From the UHGV virus genome UHGV-0299584: a stretch of 29,351 nt of DNA, one strand, 5' to 3'. Positions 10,175 to 20,986 of this stretch are shown piece by piece. Source of the stretch: a virus. The first letter of the stretch is position 1, and every line of letters starts with the position of its first letter. The notes under the pieces are model-generated. The model saw nothing but the letters and a program-made list of their open reading frames with translations, was not told the origin of the DNA and made no database searches. Both the position numbers and the translations under genes were made by a program.

Positions 10175-11593
10175 ATGCCGATTCAGCAACTTCCGCTTAT
10201 GAAAGGTGTCGGCAAAGACTTTCGAAACGCCGACTATATCGACTATCTGCCAGTGAATATGCTGGCTACACCCAAAGAAATCCTGAACAGCAGCGGATAT
10301 CTTCGCTCATTCCCTGGCATTGCCAAACGCTCTGATGTGAACGGTGTATCTCGCGGCGTCGAGTACAACATGGCGCAGAATGCTGTTTATCGCGTGTGTG
10401 GTGGCAAACTGTACAAAGGAGAAAGCGAAGTCGGTGACGTCGCCGGAAGTGGTCGCGTATCAATGGCGCATGGTCGAACATCACAGGCGGTAGGTGTTAA
10501 TGGTCAACTGGTCGAGTATCGCTATGATGGCACGGTTAAAACAGTCTCAAACTGGCCTACAGACAGCGGATTCACTCAGTATGAGTTAGGTTCGGTTCGC
10601 GACATTACGCGTTTACGTGGGCGTTATGCGTGGTCAAAAGACGGAACTGATTCATGGTTTATCACTGACCTTGAAGACGAATCACATCCTGACCGTTACA
10701 GCGCACAATATCGCGCAGAATCGCAGCCTGACGGCATCATTGGCATCGGAACATGGCGAGACTTCATCGTCTGTTTTGGTTCATCGACGATTGAGTATTT
10801 TTCCCTGACTGGTGCAACTACCGTTGGTGCCGCTTTGTATGTTGCACAACCATCGCTGATGGTGCAGAAAGGTATTGCCGGGACTTACTGCAAAACGCCG
10901 TTTGCTGATTCGTATGCGTTCATCAGCAATCCGGCAACGGGTGCGCCGTCTGTATACATCATCGGATCAGGTCAGGTATCACCAATCGCCAGCGCGAGCA
11001 TTGAGAAAATCCTCCGCTCCTACACTGCTGATGAACTGGCTGATGGCGTGATGGAATCTCTGCGATTTGATGCGCATGAGCTTCTGATTATCCATCTTCC
11101 GCGCCATGTTCTGGTGTACGACGCATCTTCAAGCGCCAATGGTCCGCAATGGTGTGTGTTGAAAACTGGCTTGTATGACGATGTGTACCGCGCTATCGAC
11201 TTCATTTACGAAGGCAATCAGATAACGTGCGGCGATAAGCTGGAATCTGTTACCGGGAAACTGCAATTCGACATCAGCAGCCAGTACGACAAGCAACAGG
11301 AACACCTGCTGTTTACTCCGTTGTTCAAAGCGGATAACGCCAGAGTTTTCGACCTTGAAGTTGAATCGTCAACTGGCGTTGCGCAGTACGCCGACCGCCT
11401 TTTTCTCTCTGCAACCACTGACGGCATCAATTACGGACGTGAGCAGATGATTGAGCAGAATGAACCGTTCGTTTACGACAAACGCGTTTTGTGGAAGCGA
11501 GTTGGGCGCATCAGGAAAAATGTCGGCTTCAAATTGCGTGTTATCACTAAGTCACCTGTCACTCTGTCAGGCTGCCAGATAAGGATCGAGTAA
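10175..11593 (+). CDS. Tail accessory / head completion protein (P22 gp10-like)
   Basis: 472 aa, same length as P22 gp10; conserved order after gp4. Confidence 0.88.
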   Translation: MPIQQLPLMKGVGKDFRNADYIDYLPVNMLATPKEILNSSGYLRSFPGIAKRSDVNGVSRGVEYNMAQNAVYRVCGGKLYKGESEVGDVAGSGRVSMAHGRTSQAVGVNGQLVEYRYDGTVKTVSNWPTDSGFTQYELGSVRDITRLRGRYAWSKDGTDSWFITDLEDESHPDRYSAQYRAESQPDGIIGIGTWRDFIVCFGSSTIEYFSLTGATTVGAALYVAQPSLMVQKGIAGTYCKTPFADSYAFISNPATGAPSVYIIGSGQVSPIASASIEKILRSYTADELADGVMESLRFDAHELLIIHLPRHVLVYDASSSANGPQWCVLKTGLYDDVYRAIDFIYEGNQITCGDKLESVTGKLQFDISSQYDKQQEHLLFTPLFKADNARVFDLEVESSTGVAQYADRLFLSATTDGINYGREQMIEQNEPFVYDKRVLWKRVGRIRKNVGFKLRVITKSPVTLSGCQIRIE

Positions 11594-12546
11594 TGGCTGA
11601 TTCGAATCTCAATGAGCCGGTAATCATTCAGGCTACACGACTCGACACATCAGTCCTTCCACGCAATATCTTCTCGCAGTCGTATCTGCTTTACGTTATC
11701 GCACAGGGCACTGATGTTGGTAACGTGGCTAACAAGGCCAACGAAGCAGGGAAGGGGGCTTATGATGCACAGGTGAAGAATGATGAGCAGGATGTCATCC
11801 TTGATGACCATGAATCCAGAATTGAAGCTGCTGAAGCAACTCTCATCAATCATGAACATAGAATTGCAGCAGCGGAAAGCACTCTTGCAGATCATGAAAC
11901 AAGGATTACGGCTGCCGAAACAGAGCTGGCTGATCACGAGACGCGAATTGCTGCCAATGAATCTGAGTTAGCAAACCATGATGCGCGAATAACTCAGAAT
12001 ACAGCCGATATCGGCGCACTTGATACCAGGCTCACAGCGGCAGAGGGAAGTATTTCGACGCTACAAAGCACAGTTGGTGATCACTCAACAAGAATATCTG
12101 CGCTTGAGTATGCCACCACGCGCAAGAAATCAGAGGTTGTTTACTCAGGACTATCGGTAACCATCCCGACAGCGCCGACCAACCTTGTTAGCCTGCTGAA
12201 AACGCTCACGCCGTCATCCGGCACGTTGGCACCATTCTTCGACACCGTTAACAACAAGATGGTTGTGTTCAACGAGAACAAAACCCTGTTCTTCAAGCTG
12301 TCGATTGTCGGGACGTGGCCCAGCGGAACCGCCAACAGGTCAATGCAGCTAACCTTTTCCGGCTCTGTTCCTGACACACTTGTGAGCAGTCGTAATGCGG
12401 CGACAACAACCGACAACATCCTGTTAGCTACGTTCTTCAGCGTGGATAAAGACGGCTTTCTTGCCACAAATGGCAGCACGTTAACCATTCAGTCGAATGG
12501 TGCGGCGTTTACTGCTACAACCATCAAAATCATTGCGGAGCAGTGA
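11593..12546 (+). CDS. Tail needle (P22 gp26-like) with extended coiled coil and C-terminal knob
   Basis: N-terminal ~60 aa ([27 protein letters not shown]...[13 protein letters not shown]) resemble the gp10-binding tip of P22 gp26. Followed by 11-residue-periodic DHExRIxAAE repeats and a ~140-aa beta-rich C-terminal domain, as in Sf6-type needles. Confidence 0.8.
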   Translation: MADSNLNEPVIIQATRLDTSVLPRNIFSQSYLLYVIAQGTDVGNVANKANEAGKGAYDAQVKNDEQDVILDDHESRIEAAEATLINHEHRIAAAESTLADHETRITAAETELADHETRIAANESELANHDARITQNTADIGALDTRLTAAEGSISTLQSTVGDHSTRISALEYATTRKKSEVVYSGLSVTIPTAPTNLVSLLKTLTPSSGTLAPFFDTVNNKMVVFNENKTLFFKLSIVGTWPSGTANRSMQLTFSGSVPDTLVSSRNAATTTDNILLATFFSVDKDGFLATNGSTLTIQSNGAAFTATTIKIIAEQ

Positions 12547-13025
12547 TGGAAATAAAGCTCATCGATAATCCGGTGAAGCTTGCAGAATTCCTCAACAACC
12601 CGGCAAACACGGGAAATATCGTAGACAGTGGAGATAAATACTACATCAAGCCTGATGCGGTATATCTCGGCATCTACGAAGGATTAGTGCTGGCTGGGGT
12701 TCATGAAGTGCGTAACTTCTGGCATAGCGTTGTTGAATGCCATGCTGTGTACGACCCCGGATTCCGTGGCGAATATGCACTGCAAGGGCATCGATTATTC
12801 TGCAAATGGCTTCTCGAAAACTCACCATTCCTTAACAGCATCACCATGGTTCCTGACACCACCAAATACGGACGGGCAATTATCCGTTTGCTTGGCGCTA
12901 CCCGTGTTGGTCACCTTGATGATGCTTATACCAGCAATGGAAAGCCTGTAGGCATCACGATTTATCAGTTACCGCGCTCAAAATACGAGGAGCTAAAGAA
13001 TGTTAATTTTCCAGATTGCCAATAA
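12546..13025 (+). CDS. Putative gp14-like ejection/assembly-associated protein (position-based)
   Basis: 160-aa ORF in the gp14 position; ATG overlaps the needle stop (TGATG). Confidence 0.5.
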   Translation: MEIKLIDNPVKLAEFLNNPANTGNIVDSGDKYYIKPDAVYLGIYEGLVLAGVHEVRNFWHSVVECHAVYDPGFRGEYALQGHRLFCKWLLENSPFLNSITMVPDTTKYGRAIIRLLGATRVGHLDDAYTSNGKPVGITIYQLPRSKYEELKNVNFPDCQ

Positions 13026-13653
13026 GCACCTCAGCAAAGCTGTTTACTGCAAAGGCGGCAGTGATGGCGGTTCAAAAGCCCAGGCACGCGCAACTGAAAA
13101 GGGTATCGAATTGCAGCGTGAAATGTGGCAAACGAACATGCAAAACCTCGCACCGTTCACGCCACTCGCTCAACAGTACGTATCAGAGTTGCAGAATCTT
13201 TCCTCTCTTCAGGGGCAAGGTCAGGCGCTTAACCAGTATTACAACTCCCAGCAGTACAAAGACCTTGCTGGTCAGGCGCGTTACCAGAGTCTGGCAGCAG
13301 CAGAGGCAACTGGTGGATTAGGCTCTACAGCAACAGGAAACCAGTTAGCATCAATCGCACCTACACTCGGTCAAAACTGGCTGTCAGGTCAGATGAACAA
13401 CTACAACAATCTGGCAAATATCGGCCTTGGTGCTCTTACAGGTCAGGCAAACGCCGGACAGAACTACGCTAACAACGTCAGCCAATTGTATCAACAGCAG
13501 GCGGCAGCATCTGCGGCTAATGCGAATAAACCATCAGGATTTCAGAGCGCCTTGAGTGGAGCGGCAGCAGGTGCAGCTGCAGGTACTGCAATCATGCCTG
13601 GTTGGGGTACAGCAATTGGTGCTGGCGTCGGTCTTCTTGGTTCACTTTTTTAA
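13000..13653 (+). CDS. Ejection protein (P22 gp7-like)
   Basis: 217 aa, Q/N/A-rich with a Gly/Ala-rich hydrophobic C-terminus (AAGAAAGTAIMPGWGTAIGAGVGLLGSLF); GAGG RBS. Confidence 0.7.
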   Translation: MLIFQIANKHLSKAVYCKGGSDGGSKAQARATEKGIELQREMWQTNMQNLAPFTPLAQQYVSELQNLSSLQGQGQALNQYYNSQQYKDLAGQARYQSLAAAEATGGLGSTATGNQLASIAPTLGQNWLSGQMNNYNNLANIGLGALTGQANAGQNYANNVSQLYQQQAAASAANANKPSGFQSALSGAAAGAAAGTAIMPGWGTAIGAGVGLLGSLF

Positions 13654-13665
13654 TGGAGGTGTCTC

Positions 13666-14967
13666 TTGGCTACATGGCAACAGGCTGGTAATTCAGGCGC
13701 GCTTCTTGCCGGGTTAGGCGGCATGAACTCCAACGCTCCAAGAGCAAGTGATGCAGACGCCACACTTGCATACATTCGACAGAATAACGAGATGGAGCGT
13801 TCAGGACGTAATAACGTTGGCTTGCAGGCTTTGCAGGGCATTTCATCTGTCATGGATATGTATAAGCAGATGGATCAGCAGAAGCGGCAGCAAGAGTTTC
13901 AGCAGGCTTATGCTGATGCATATACATCTGGTGACCGCGATGCAATGCGAAAACTGGCATCACAGTATCCTGAGCAGTTTGACGCTGTAAGAAACGGCAT
14001 GAAATTTGTCGATGAAGACCAGCGTTCCACTGTCGGTACACTGGCAGCAAGTGCCAGACTCGCAGCTTCATCTCCAGAAGCCATGATGTCATGGTTGCAG
14101 AACAACTCATCTGAGCTTACTCGTGCCGGAGTAGACCCTCTGGATGTGGCGAAAATGTATCAGCAAAATCCACAAGGTTTCACAGAGTTTGTTGATCACC
14201 TTGGAATGGCTGCACTTGGTCCGATTGATTACTTCAATGTTCAGGACAAGATGGCTGGTCGTGAGATTGACCGAGGTAGGCTGGCAGAGACAATCCGCAG
14301 CAATCAGGCTGGCGAGGCACTAACAGCACGAGGTCAGGACATCCAGATACGTGGCCAGAACATCAGCGTACAGAATGCTGCTCTTTCCCGCAAAATACAA
14401 AGAGCAGAATTACAAGAAAAGGCTCTGGACAGACAGATAGCCAGAGAAAGCAATCAGTTAAAGCTTGAAGAGCTAAAGCAGAAACAGGCAGATGTTCGGC
14501 AAAAGGCTGAAATAGCTCGTGCTGACAGACAGGCCGCCGCTCAGGGCGCTGTTGATACGTTCAGCACTGCGCTTGATTCTCTCAACGAGATAGAGCAAAG
14601 CCCTGGACTTTCAAAAGCAGTTGGTATTCGCTCAGCGTTTCCGACAGTTCCTGGATCTGATGCGGCTAACTTTGAAGCAAGACTCGACACCTTTAAAGCT
14701 CAAACTTTCCTCCCTATGGTGCAGTCCCTGAAGGGGATGGGGGCTCTTTCAGATGCTGAGGGTAAAAAATTATCCGATGCGGTTGGTGCTCTAAGTCCCA
14801 AAATGAGTGAAAAGGCTTTTCGTGACTCTATCGGAAAGATTCGAAATCAGCTTGAAAGCAAGTTGAGCACTGTTAAAAAACAGTTTGATTACCAGGAGCC
14901 GGTGCAGAATACGCCAGGACAACAATCTCCTGCTGGCAGTAATTTTTCTTCACTATGGGGTGATTAA
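13666..14967 (+). CDS. Ejection protein (P22 gp20-like)
   Basis: 433 aa; TTG start preceded by a strong GGAGG RBS; stop overlaps the next ATG (TAATG). Confidence 0.75.
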   Translation: MATWQQAGNSGALLAGLGGMNSNAPRASDADATLAYIRQNNEMERSGRNNVGLQALQGISSVMDMYKQMDQQKRQQEFQQAYADAYTSGDRDAMRKLASQYPEQFDAVRNGMKFVDEDQRSTVGTLAASARLAASSPEAMMSWLQNNSSELTRAGVDPLDVAKMYQQNPQGFTEFVDHLGMAALGPIDYFNVQDKMAGREIDRGRLAETIRSNQAGEALTARGQDIQIRGQNISVQNAALSRKIQRAELQEKALDRQIARESNQLKLEELKQKQADVRQKAEIARADRQAAAQGAVDTFSTALDSLNEIEQSPGLSKAVGIRSAFPTVPGSDAANFEARLDTFKAQTFLPMVQSLKGMGALSDAEGKKLSDAVGALSPKMSEKAFRDSIGKIRNQLESKLSTVKKQFDYQEPVQNTPGQQSPAGSNFSSLWGD

Positions 14968-16964
14968 TGGCTAAAGCATGGAAAGATGTTATCGCCTCTC
15001 CACAGTATCAGGCGTTAGCACCAGAACAAAAAGCGCAGGCTCAGGAGCAATACTTCAATGAAGTCGTGGCCCCGCAAGCCGGAGAAAATGCAGAGCAGGC
15101 TAAGCAAGCTTTCTATGCTGCCTATCCATTGCCATCTGTGCAGCAAGTGGAGACACAGCAACCAGTAGCACAGCAACAACCACAGCAAAGTGGATTTATG
15201 TCTGATCTTGGCGAAGCAGTAAAAGAGACTGGTCGCGGACTGGTGCAGGCTGGCGTGAACGTGGCAAACATACCTGCATCAGTTGCCGATGCTGTAACAA
15301 GTGCGGCTGCATGGGCTGGCGGTAAACTCGGCATTGGCGATGGTACATATCAACCAGCGCCACGAGTAACAACGCAGGGATTAGAGCAGGACTTTGGCCT
15401 TCAGCAAGGCGCGCTGACTCCACAAACGACAGAGGGCAGGGTGTTTGCTGAAGCATTGCCTTACCTCACTCCTGCTGGCGTTGAGAGAGCGGCAACACTG
15501 GCACCAACACTTGCTGGTCGAATTGCTCAGGGGGCAACTCGCCTTCTCGCAGAAAACGCAGTTGGATCACTTGCTGCAAACAGTGCGAAAGATGATGCGG
15601 AAGCACTCGCCACCGATTTAGGCGTTGGTGTGCTGGCTGGCGGTGCTATTAACGCTGCCGGACGTGGATTAGGTGCTGCTTATCGTGGTGTTCGTGGTTC
15701 GATAGCACCAGAAGCGCAACAGGCTATCAGATTTGCAGAGCGTGAAGGAGTTCCTCTGCACACCACAGACCTGTTACAACCAACTTCCCGCGTCGGAAAA
15801 ATGGCGCAGACTACAGCAGAAAATATCCCTCTGGCTGGCACAAGCGGAATGAGAGCAACGCAACAGGAAGCGAGAAGCCAGTTGGTGCAGAGATTTGCTG
15901 ATAAATTCGGCGAGTACGATCCGGCAGTTGTTATTGACAGCCTTAAAGCGAAAACATCAGGAATTCGTCGTGCTGCTGGGAACCGTCTTGAGCAGGTACA
16001 GAATGCAATGGCAGGAATCAACATTCAACCTGCCAGAGCAATTCAGCAGATAGATACTGAGATATCTAACCTGCAGAAGCTTGGTAAGGTCGCTGATAAC
16101 GAGACGATTTCAAAACTTCAATCCTATCGTGATGAGCTTGTTCGCAATGCTGGCCCTGATGGTCCGGTAAATCTGGATTTGAAGCAATTAAGCGACCTGC
16201 GCAGTCAGTTCAGAATGGACGTGAAGGGTGAGCGACCAGTGTTACCAAACCGTTCCGATGCCGCCATTCAGCGCGTTTACAAGGCGATGACCGACGATAT
16301 CAATGGTGCCATTGGTCAGAATCTTGGCAACGATACTCTCCGTAAATATCAGCAGGCCAATGCCGTCTACGCTGACGAAGCGGCGAAACTCAAGAATACC
16401 AGGCTGAAGAATGTTCTCATGAAAGGCGATCTGACGCCGGAAGTTGTCAACAACATGCTATTCAGCAAGAACAAATCGGAAATTAAGACGCTGTATAACT
16501 CAGTTGGTCGTGTTGGCAGGACGCAAATGCGCAATGGCATCATTGGAAAGGCGATGGAGAAATCTGGCGGATCCCCTGACCAGTTCCTTCGGCAGCTTAA
16601 CATCCTGCAAAACCAGACTGGCATCACATTTAAGGGGCAGGACGCTGCTTATCTGAAGGGATTAAAAAACTACCTGCAATCCACGCAGCAGGCTGCAAAA
16701 GCGGCAGTAACAACCCCCACAGGGCAGCAAACCATCCCGTTCATTATCGGGTATGGGACGGCAATGAACCCGGCGACAACTGGCGCAGCAGTAAGCTACG
16801 GACTTCTTACTCGCGCCTATGAGAGCGAGCCATTCAGAAATGCAATGCTCCGAATGGCAAACACCCCACGCGGATCAACAGCGTTTGAGAAAGCCATGCA
16901 GCAGGTACAAAAGGCAATTAACGCCCTGACTCAGGGAGCTAAGTCTGATGCGTTGTCAGAATAG
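14967..16964 (+). CDS. Ejection protein (P22 gp16-like)
   Basis: 665 aa, last of the four-gene ejection block before the tailspike; Ala/Gly/Gln-rich. Confidence 0.8.
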   Translation: MAKAWKDVIASPQYQALAPEQKAQAQEQYFNEVVAPQAGENAEQAKQAFYAAYPLPSVQQVETQQPVAQQQPQQSGFMSDLGEAVKETGRGLVQAGVNVANIPASVADAVTSAAAWAGGKLGIGDGTYQPAPRVTTQGLEQDFGLQQGALTPQTTEGRVFAEALPYLTPAGVERAATLAPTLAGRIAQGATRLLAENAVGSLAANSAKDDAEALATDLGVGVLAGGAINAAGRGLGAAYRGVRGSIAPEAQQAIRFAEREGVPLHTTDLLQPTSRVGKMAQTTAENIPLAGTSGMRATQQEARSQLVQRFADKFGEYDPAVVIDSLKAKTSGIRRAAGNRLEQVQNAMAGINIQPARAIQQIDTEISNLQKLGKVADNETISKLQSYRDELVRNAGPDGPVNLDLKQLSDLRSQFRMDVKGERPVLPNRSDAAIQRVYKAMTDDINGAIGQNLGNDTLRKYQQANAVYADEAAKLKNTRLKNVLMKGDLTPEVVNNMLFSKNKSEIKTLYNSVGRVGRTQMRNGIIGKAMEKSGGSPDQFLRQLNILQNQTGITFKGQDAAYLKGLKNYLQSTQQAAKAAVTTPTGQQTIPFIIGYGTAMNPATTGAAVSYGLLTRAYESEPFRNAMLRMANTPRGSTAFEKAMQQVQKAINALTQGAKSDALSE

Positions 16965-17128
16965 CGTTGCAAACACCAGGAACGTGCAAAAACCAAATAT
17001 GTAGAACGCAATATTCAACAGATCTTTTTGCATAGACTCATCTCATAGTTAACAAATCATAACTTACATTAAGGCAATGCCGGGCAAGTTGCATCTTGTT
17101 CCGCATTGCTACGTCTGGAGAAAATTAA

Positions 17129-18790
17129 ATGACAGACATTACAGCCAATGTTGTAGTGAGTATGCCTTCGCAACTCTTCACTATGGCGCGTTCTTTTAAA
17201 GCGGTTGCCAATGGCAAAATTTATATCGGTAAAATTGACGCTGACCCGGTAAATCCTGAAAACCAGATTCAGGTTTATTTAGAGAACGAAGACGGCTCTC
17301 ACGTTCCTGTATCGCAACCAATCATCATTAACGCTGCTGGTTACCCGGTATATAACGGACAGATCGCCAAATTCGTTACTGTACATGGCCATTCTATGGC
17401 TGTTTATGATGCGTACGGTGCTCAGCAGTTCTATTTTCCTAATGTGCTGAAGTACGATCCCGATCAGCTTAGATCACAGATAGAATACGGGCAGTATATT
17501 CACATTCCTGATGGTTATTCACATTATGATGAGTTTGATAATATTCCTCTGAATATATTGGGTGTGGATTATAGTCCTGTTAATGTATATGATGTTTCTT
17601 ATGATGTGTTGACTGGTATATTTAAAGTTTCTGTTCAGAATGCAGATAATTTTCATGTTGGTAAATATTGTATACTTTCTGGCAGGAGAGACATTTCATG
17701 TGGAGCGATGATAATTTCCAAGGATGGAAATGTTTTAACATTGGATATGAGTCACAATGGTATAATTTCAGGCCCGGTTAACGGGGTTGTGGCAAAACCA
17801 ATAAATTCCATAATAAAAACAACAAAAGGAATACAATTTAGATCAAATATATACAGCATAAAAAATGTTGCTATTGAAACAGATGGTGATTACGGACTCA
17901 TTATCGGAGGTGGATACTACCCTGATTCACAATGTGGTAGTTGCGTAGTTTGGGATGCAAACAATTTAATTGTAAATGGAGGCTCTGTTTGTGGAGTTCT
18001 TGTTTCTGGCTCTGGATCTCAGTTTTGTATCAATGAAGTTCATATTACTAACGCAAATATTTCGCTGGAATGTATTTACGCAGCTAGCGTGAAAGGTTTT
18101 TCATTTTCATCATACAATTCAAATGAAGACTCAATTAAGGTTGAGCATGCTTCATCTTGCTATATAAAAGAATTGTCAATTATAAAACCGAAAACTCAGT
18201 CTTGCGTAGCGGCTCGTTATTCATCATCTGTAGAGATATCTGATTGTTATATGGTTGGAAGTGAAGGTTCAGCATTTGCTACCAGCCAATTTTCCTCATA
18301 TTTATCATTAAGAAATATTGTTATGCTAGGGAGCGCAAAATATGCGATAAACTGCGTCGATGGTGCTGTTGTCGCAATAAATAATATCGACGCCTCTTTA
18401 GCTAAAGTGGATTATGGGGTAAGGGTTGAAAAACACTCAGTTTTAAGACAGGTAGGTATAAATAGCAATTTTTCAGGTTCTATTGCCGATTCGCTAATAA
18501 ATAACTCTCATGTTGATTTCAATGATATCGTGTTTTCTGGGAAAAAAATTAAATCAACAATTAATGTTGGTTCAATTAATCCAAACTCTAGATTTTCAAT
18601 TCAGAGGGTAGCTACTGGATATAAAATAGAAAATGAACTTCCAATCAATATGACGGTGTTAGGAGATCTGCCAATAGGGGTTATAACTGATGTATTGGCA
18701 ATATCAGACGACATGATTCGTGTTACATTCCAAAACACTAGCTCATCACCTGTTGATGTTGGCAGTGTTGATGTCATTATAGGATGGTAA
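17129..18790 (+). CDS. Tailspike: conserved head-binding domain fused to a divergent beta-helix receptor-binding domain
   Basis: First ~115 aa ([34 protein letters not shown]...VLKYDPDQ) match the P22/Sf6/HK620 head-binding domain as recalled. The remainder is AT-rich, Ser/Asn/Ile/Gly-rich and shows no recognisable similarity to P22 gp9. GGAG RBS. Confidence 0.85.
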   Translation: MTDITANVVVSMPSQLFTMARSFKAVANGKIYIGKIDADPVNPENQIQVYLENEDGSHVPVSQPIIINAAGYPVYNGQIAKFVTVHGHSMAVYDAYGAQQFYFPNVLKYDPDQLRSQIEYGQYIHIPDGYSHYDEFDNIPLNILGVDYSPVNVYDVSYDVLTGIFKVSVQNADNFHVGKYCILSGRRDISCGAMIISKDGNVLTLDMSHNGIISGPVNGVVAKPINSIIKTTKGIQFRSNIYSIKNVAIETDGDYGLIIGGGYYPDSQCGSCVVWDANNLIVNGGSVCGVLVSGSGSQFCINEVHITNANISLECIYAASVKGFSFSSYNSNEDSIKVEHASSCYIKELSIIKPKTQSCVAARYSSSVEISDCYMVGSEGSAFATSQFSSYLSLRNIVMLGSAKYAINCVDGAVVAINNIDASLAKVDYGVRVEKHSVLRQVGINSNFSGSIADSLINNSHVDFNDIVFSGKKIKSTINVGSINPNSRFSIQRVATGYKIENELPINMTVLGDLPIGVITDVLAISDDMIRVTFQNTSSSPVDVGSVDVIIGW

Positions 18791-18840
18791 TAATACTAAA
18801 AAGTAGATTTATTTTGTAAGTTTTTTATTATTGTTTATAA

Positions 18841-18859
18841 GGCCAAAAAACTTTTGGCC
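18841..18859. terminator. Palindromic hairpin between convergent tailspike and acetyltransferase genes (putative bidirectional terminator)
   Basis: GGCCAAAA-aac-TTTTGGCC, an 8-bp perfect stem in an AT-rich context between two convergent stop codons. Confidence 0.45.
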
Positions 18860-18875
18860 TTATGCTAAATGAGAT

Positions 18876-19469
18876 TTATAGTAATCGCCTATCCCATTTC
18901 ACACCTGTTTTGATTATTTTTGCTGGAGTACCAGCAATAATAATATTGCTTTCAGAAAATTTACCAGTTACAGTTGCCCTTGCGCCAACAATAGTTTCAT
19001 CTGGAATAAAGGCACCTTTCATGATGAGCGCATCAAGACCAATCCAGCACTTATCTCCTATTGATATGTTTTTTGCTGGATTTATCCTGTTTCCATCCAT
19101 ATCTGTTATTGAATGTGAGTCTGTTGTTCTTATTTGAACGCCTGACGCAAACATGCAATTAACACCAATTGAAACACTAGTCCCCTCTTGAATGTTTATA
19201 TTGGTGTTCTGAAAGCTTGTAAGGCTTGATATCACGAGACAGTTCCCATCGCCTCTCATATTTACAGAGCCAACTATAGAACACCTCTCACCGATATTAA
19301 TAGTATTATTATCACCATTTATCAAAATGGATAAATTATGTATTTTTGCATGCTTTTCTATATTTATATGATTGTTCTTTCCATTAATGCGAATAGATAT
19401 TTTTTTTATGTCAGCATCAACATGATTTATAGAGTTATTTTCTCCGGAAATCTGTTTTATTATATCCAT
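18876..19469 (-). CDS. Hexapeptide-repeat (left-handed beta-helix) acetyl/acyltransferase, moron
   Basis: Product shows periodic [LIV]-G-x4 hexads (INIGERCSIVGSVNMRGDGNCLVISS..., ISIGDKCWIGLDALIMKGAFIPDETIVGARATVTG) typical of the LacA/WcaF/CysE-type family. AT-rich; sits between tailspike and int. ATG 19469 preferred over TTG 19481. Confidence 0.7.
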   Translation of the reverse strand: MDIIKQISGENNSINHVDADIKKISIRINGKNNHINIEKHAKIHNLSILINGDNNTINIGERCSIVGSVNMRGDGNCLVISSLTSFQNTNINIQEGTSVSIGVNCMFASGVQIRTTDSHSITDMDGNRINPAKNISIGDKCWIGLDALIMKGAFIPDETIVGARATVTGKFSESNIIIAGTPAKIIKTGVKWDRRLL

Positions 19470-19783
19470 CACTATACTCAATTATTTTGATTGATTTATT
19501 TACAACTTATTAATGTATATGTCATAAATTATATCATAATTTTAATAAAAATCAATATACGAGGTTTTGCATGTATATATTGTAATTTATTGCATATGTT
19601 GATAATAAATTTTATTTGATGCTTAACATAATTATCATGAAATTAGTTATTCAATAACTCTTGTTTTTTAATGTGACAATCACGTTGCTTATATTTAATA
19701 ATGAAACTATATGGTTTTATTATTAAATTTGTGTTTACCTAGATGAATTAATTGTTTTATTTATGATTTTTATCATGGAATCA

Positions 19784-20941
19784 TTAATCCACCTTTTCAT
19801 CAACCCAATCCGCCCACCACTGCATCATTTCTCTGCGCTTATCGAGATACTGAGCATGGTTGTAAATCCCGCGCACAGATCCGCCGTTGGCATGTGCCAG
19901 TTGCGCTTCAATAGCATCAGCAGGCCATTCGTGCTCGTTCATAATCGTGCTGAATTCATGCCTGAATCCGTGACCGCTTTCCAGACCCTCATAGCCGATT
20001 TGTTTGATCACAAGTAGCACCGCGTTCTCGCAGATTGGCTTTTTCTTATCGTTGCGCCCGGCAAAAACAAACTCTGATACTGGTTTGGTGATTGAACTTA
20101 GCGTAGTGAGAAGTTCAACTACCTGGTCTGACATAGGAACCACATGAATTTTGCGTCCCTTCATCACACTGGCGTCGATGGTGATAATCCTGTTTTCAAA
20201 ATCGACGTTCTTCCATAGCATGGAACGAAGCTCTTTCGTTCTTAGGGCTGTGTAGCGTAAAACTTTGGTCGCAATGAGCGATACGATACTTCCTGAAAAT
20301 GTTGCCAGTGCTTTGTTGAATGCCGGGATCTGGTCTGCAGGAAGAAACGGGAAGTTCTTCTTGCGGTATCCCTTCATGGCGTCAGCAAGGTCAGGTGCCG
20401 GGTTATATTTAGCCCTACCAGTGACAATAGCGTAACGGAAAACCTCGCCGCATCTTCTGCGGGCTTTGTTGGCTCGCTCCATTGCACCGCGATCTTCAAA
20501 TCTGCGGATTACTTCCAGTAGTTGCATCGGCTCAATATCCTGAATTTCAAGACCGCCGATGATGGGTAAAATGTCGTCATCAAACATTTTTGCAAGTTCA
20601 TTTGCATAGCCTACTGACCAGACTTGCTTCTTGTGCTCGTACCATTCCTTGTAAATGGCGCTAAAGGAATTGTTGTTAGACGAAGCCTTTTTCGCCTTTA
20701 CCGGATCGATGCCAACCGAGATGTCTTTCCTCGCAGTCCATGCTTTATCCCTTGCCTCTTGCAAAGTCATAAGCGGATATTTTCCGACGGTCAGTATTTT
20801 CTCCTTACCGTCAATCTTGTAGCGAAGCTGCCATACCTTTTTCCCTGACACAGGGACATAAAGGTACAGGCCATTACCATCGAGTAGGCGGTATGGTTTT
20901 TCTTTCGGTTTTGCTGCTTCAATCTGCTTAACGGTGAGCAT
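19784..20941 (-). CDS. int: Tyrosine integrase (P4-like family)
   Basis: Product has the typical N-terminal arm (LTVKQIEAAKPKEKPYRLLDGNGLYLYV) and C-terminal catalytic region (...HGFRHEFSTIM..., ...RGIYNHAQYLDKRREMMQWWADW). Start ATG 20941, or GTG 20977 as in the ORF track. Confidence 0.9.
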   Translation of the reverse strand: MLTVKQIEAAKPKEKPYRLLDGNGLYLYVPVSGKKVWQLRYKIDGKEKILTVGKYPLMTLQEARDKAWTARKDISVGIDPVKAKKASSNNNSFSAIYKEWYEHKKQVWSVGYANELAKMFDDDILPIIGGLEIQDIEPMQLLEVIRRFEDRGAMERANKARRRCGEVFRYAIVTGRAKYNPAPDLADAMKGYRKKNFPFLPADQIPAFNKALATFSGSIVSLIATKVLRYTALRTKELRSMLWKNVDFENRIITIDASVMKGRKIHVVPMSDQVVELLTTLSSITKPVSEFVFAGRNDKKKPICENAVLLVIKQIGYEGLESGHGFRHEFSTIMNEHEWPADAIEAQLAHANGGSVRGIYNHAQYLDKRREMMQWWADWVDEKVD

Positions 20942-20986
20942 GGGTAAAAATCCGGTGGGTAAAATTATTTTATCCACTTTTTACCC
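20942..20986. repeat. Cluster of TTTTACCC / GGGTAAAA octamers (putative arm-type Int-binding sites)
   Basis: GGGTAAAA at 20942-20949 and 20957-20964; TTTTACCC at 20979-20986, read directly. Confidence 0.4.

Noticed and set aside
16965-17128. sieA / immI (mnt-arc-ant) region expected between the last ejection gene and the tailspike in P22
   Set aside because: Only 164 bp of non-coding DNA is present; the region is absent, as in Sf6/HK620-type genomes.
18862-19137. 91-aa + strand ORF overlapping the acetyltransferase
   Set aside because: Antisense shadow of the hexapeptide-repeat gene; hydrophobic low-complexity product and no RBS.
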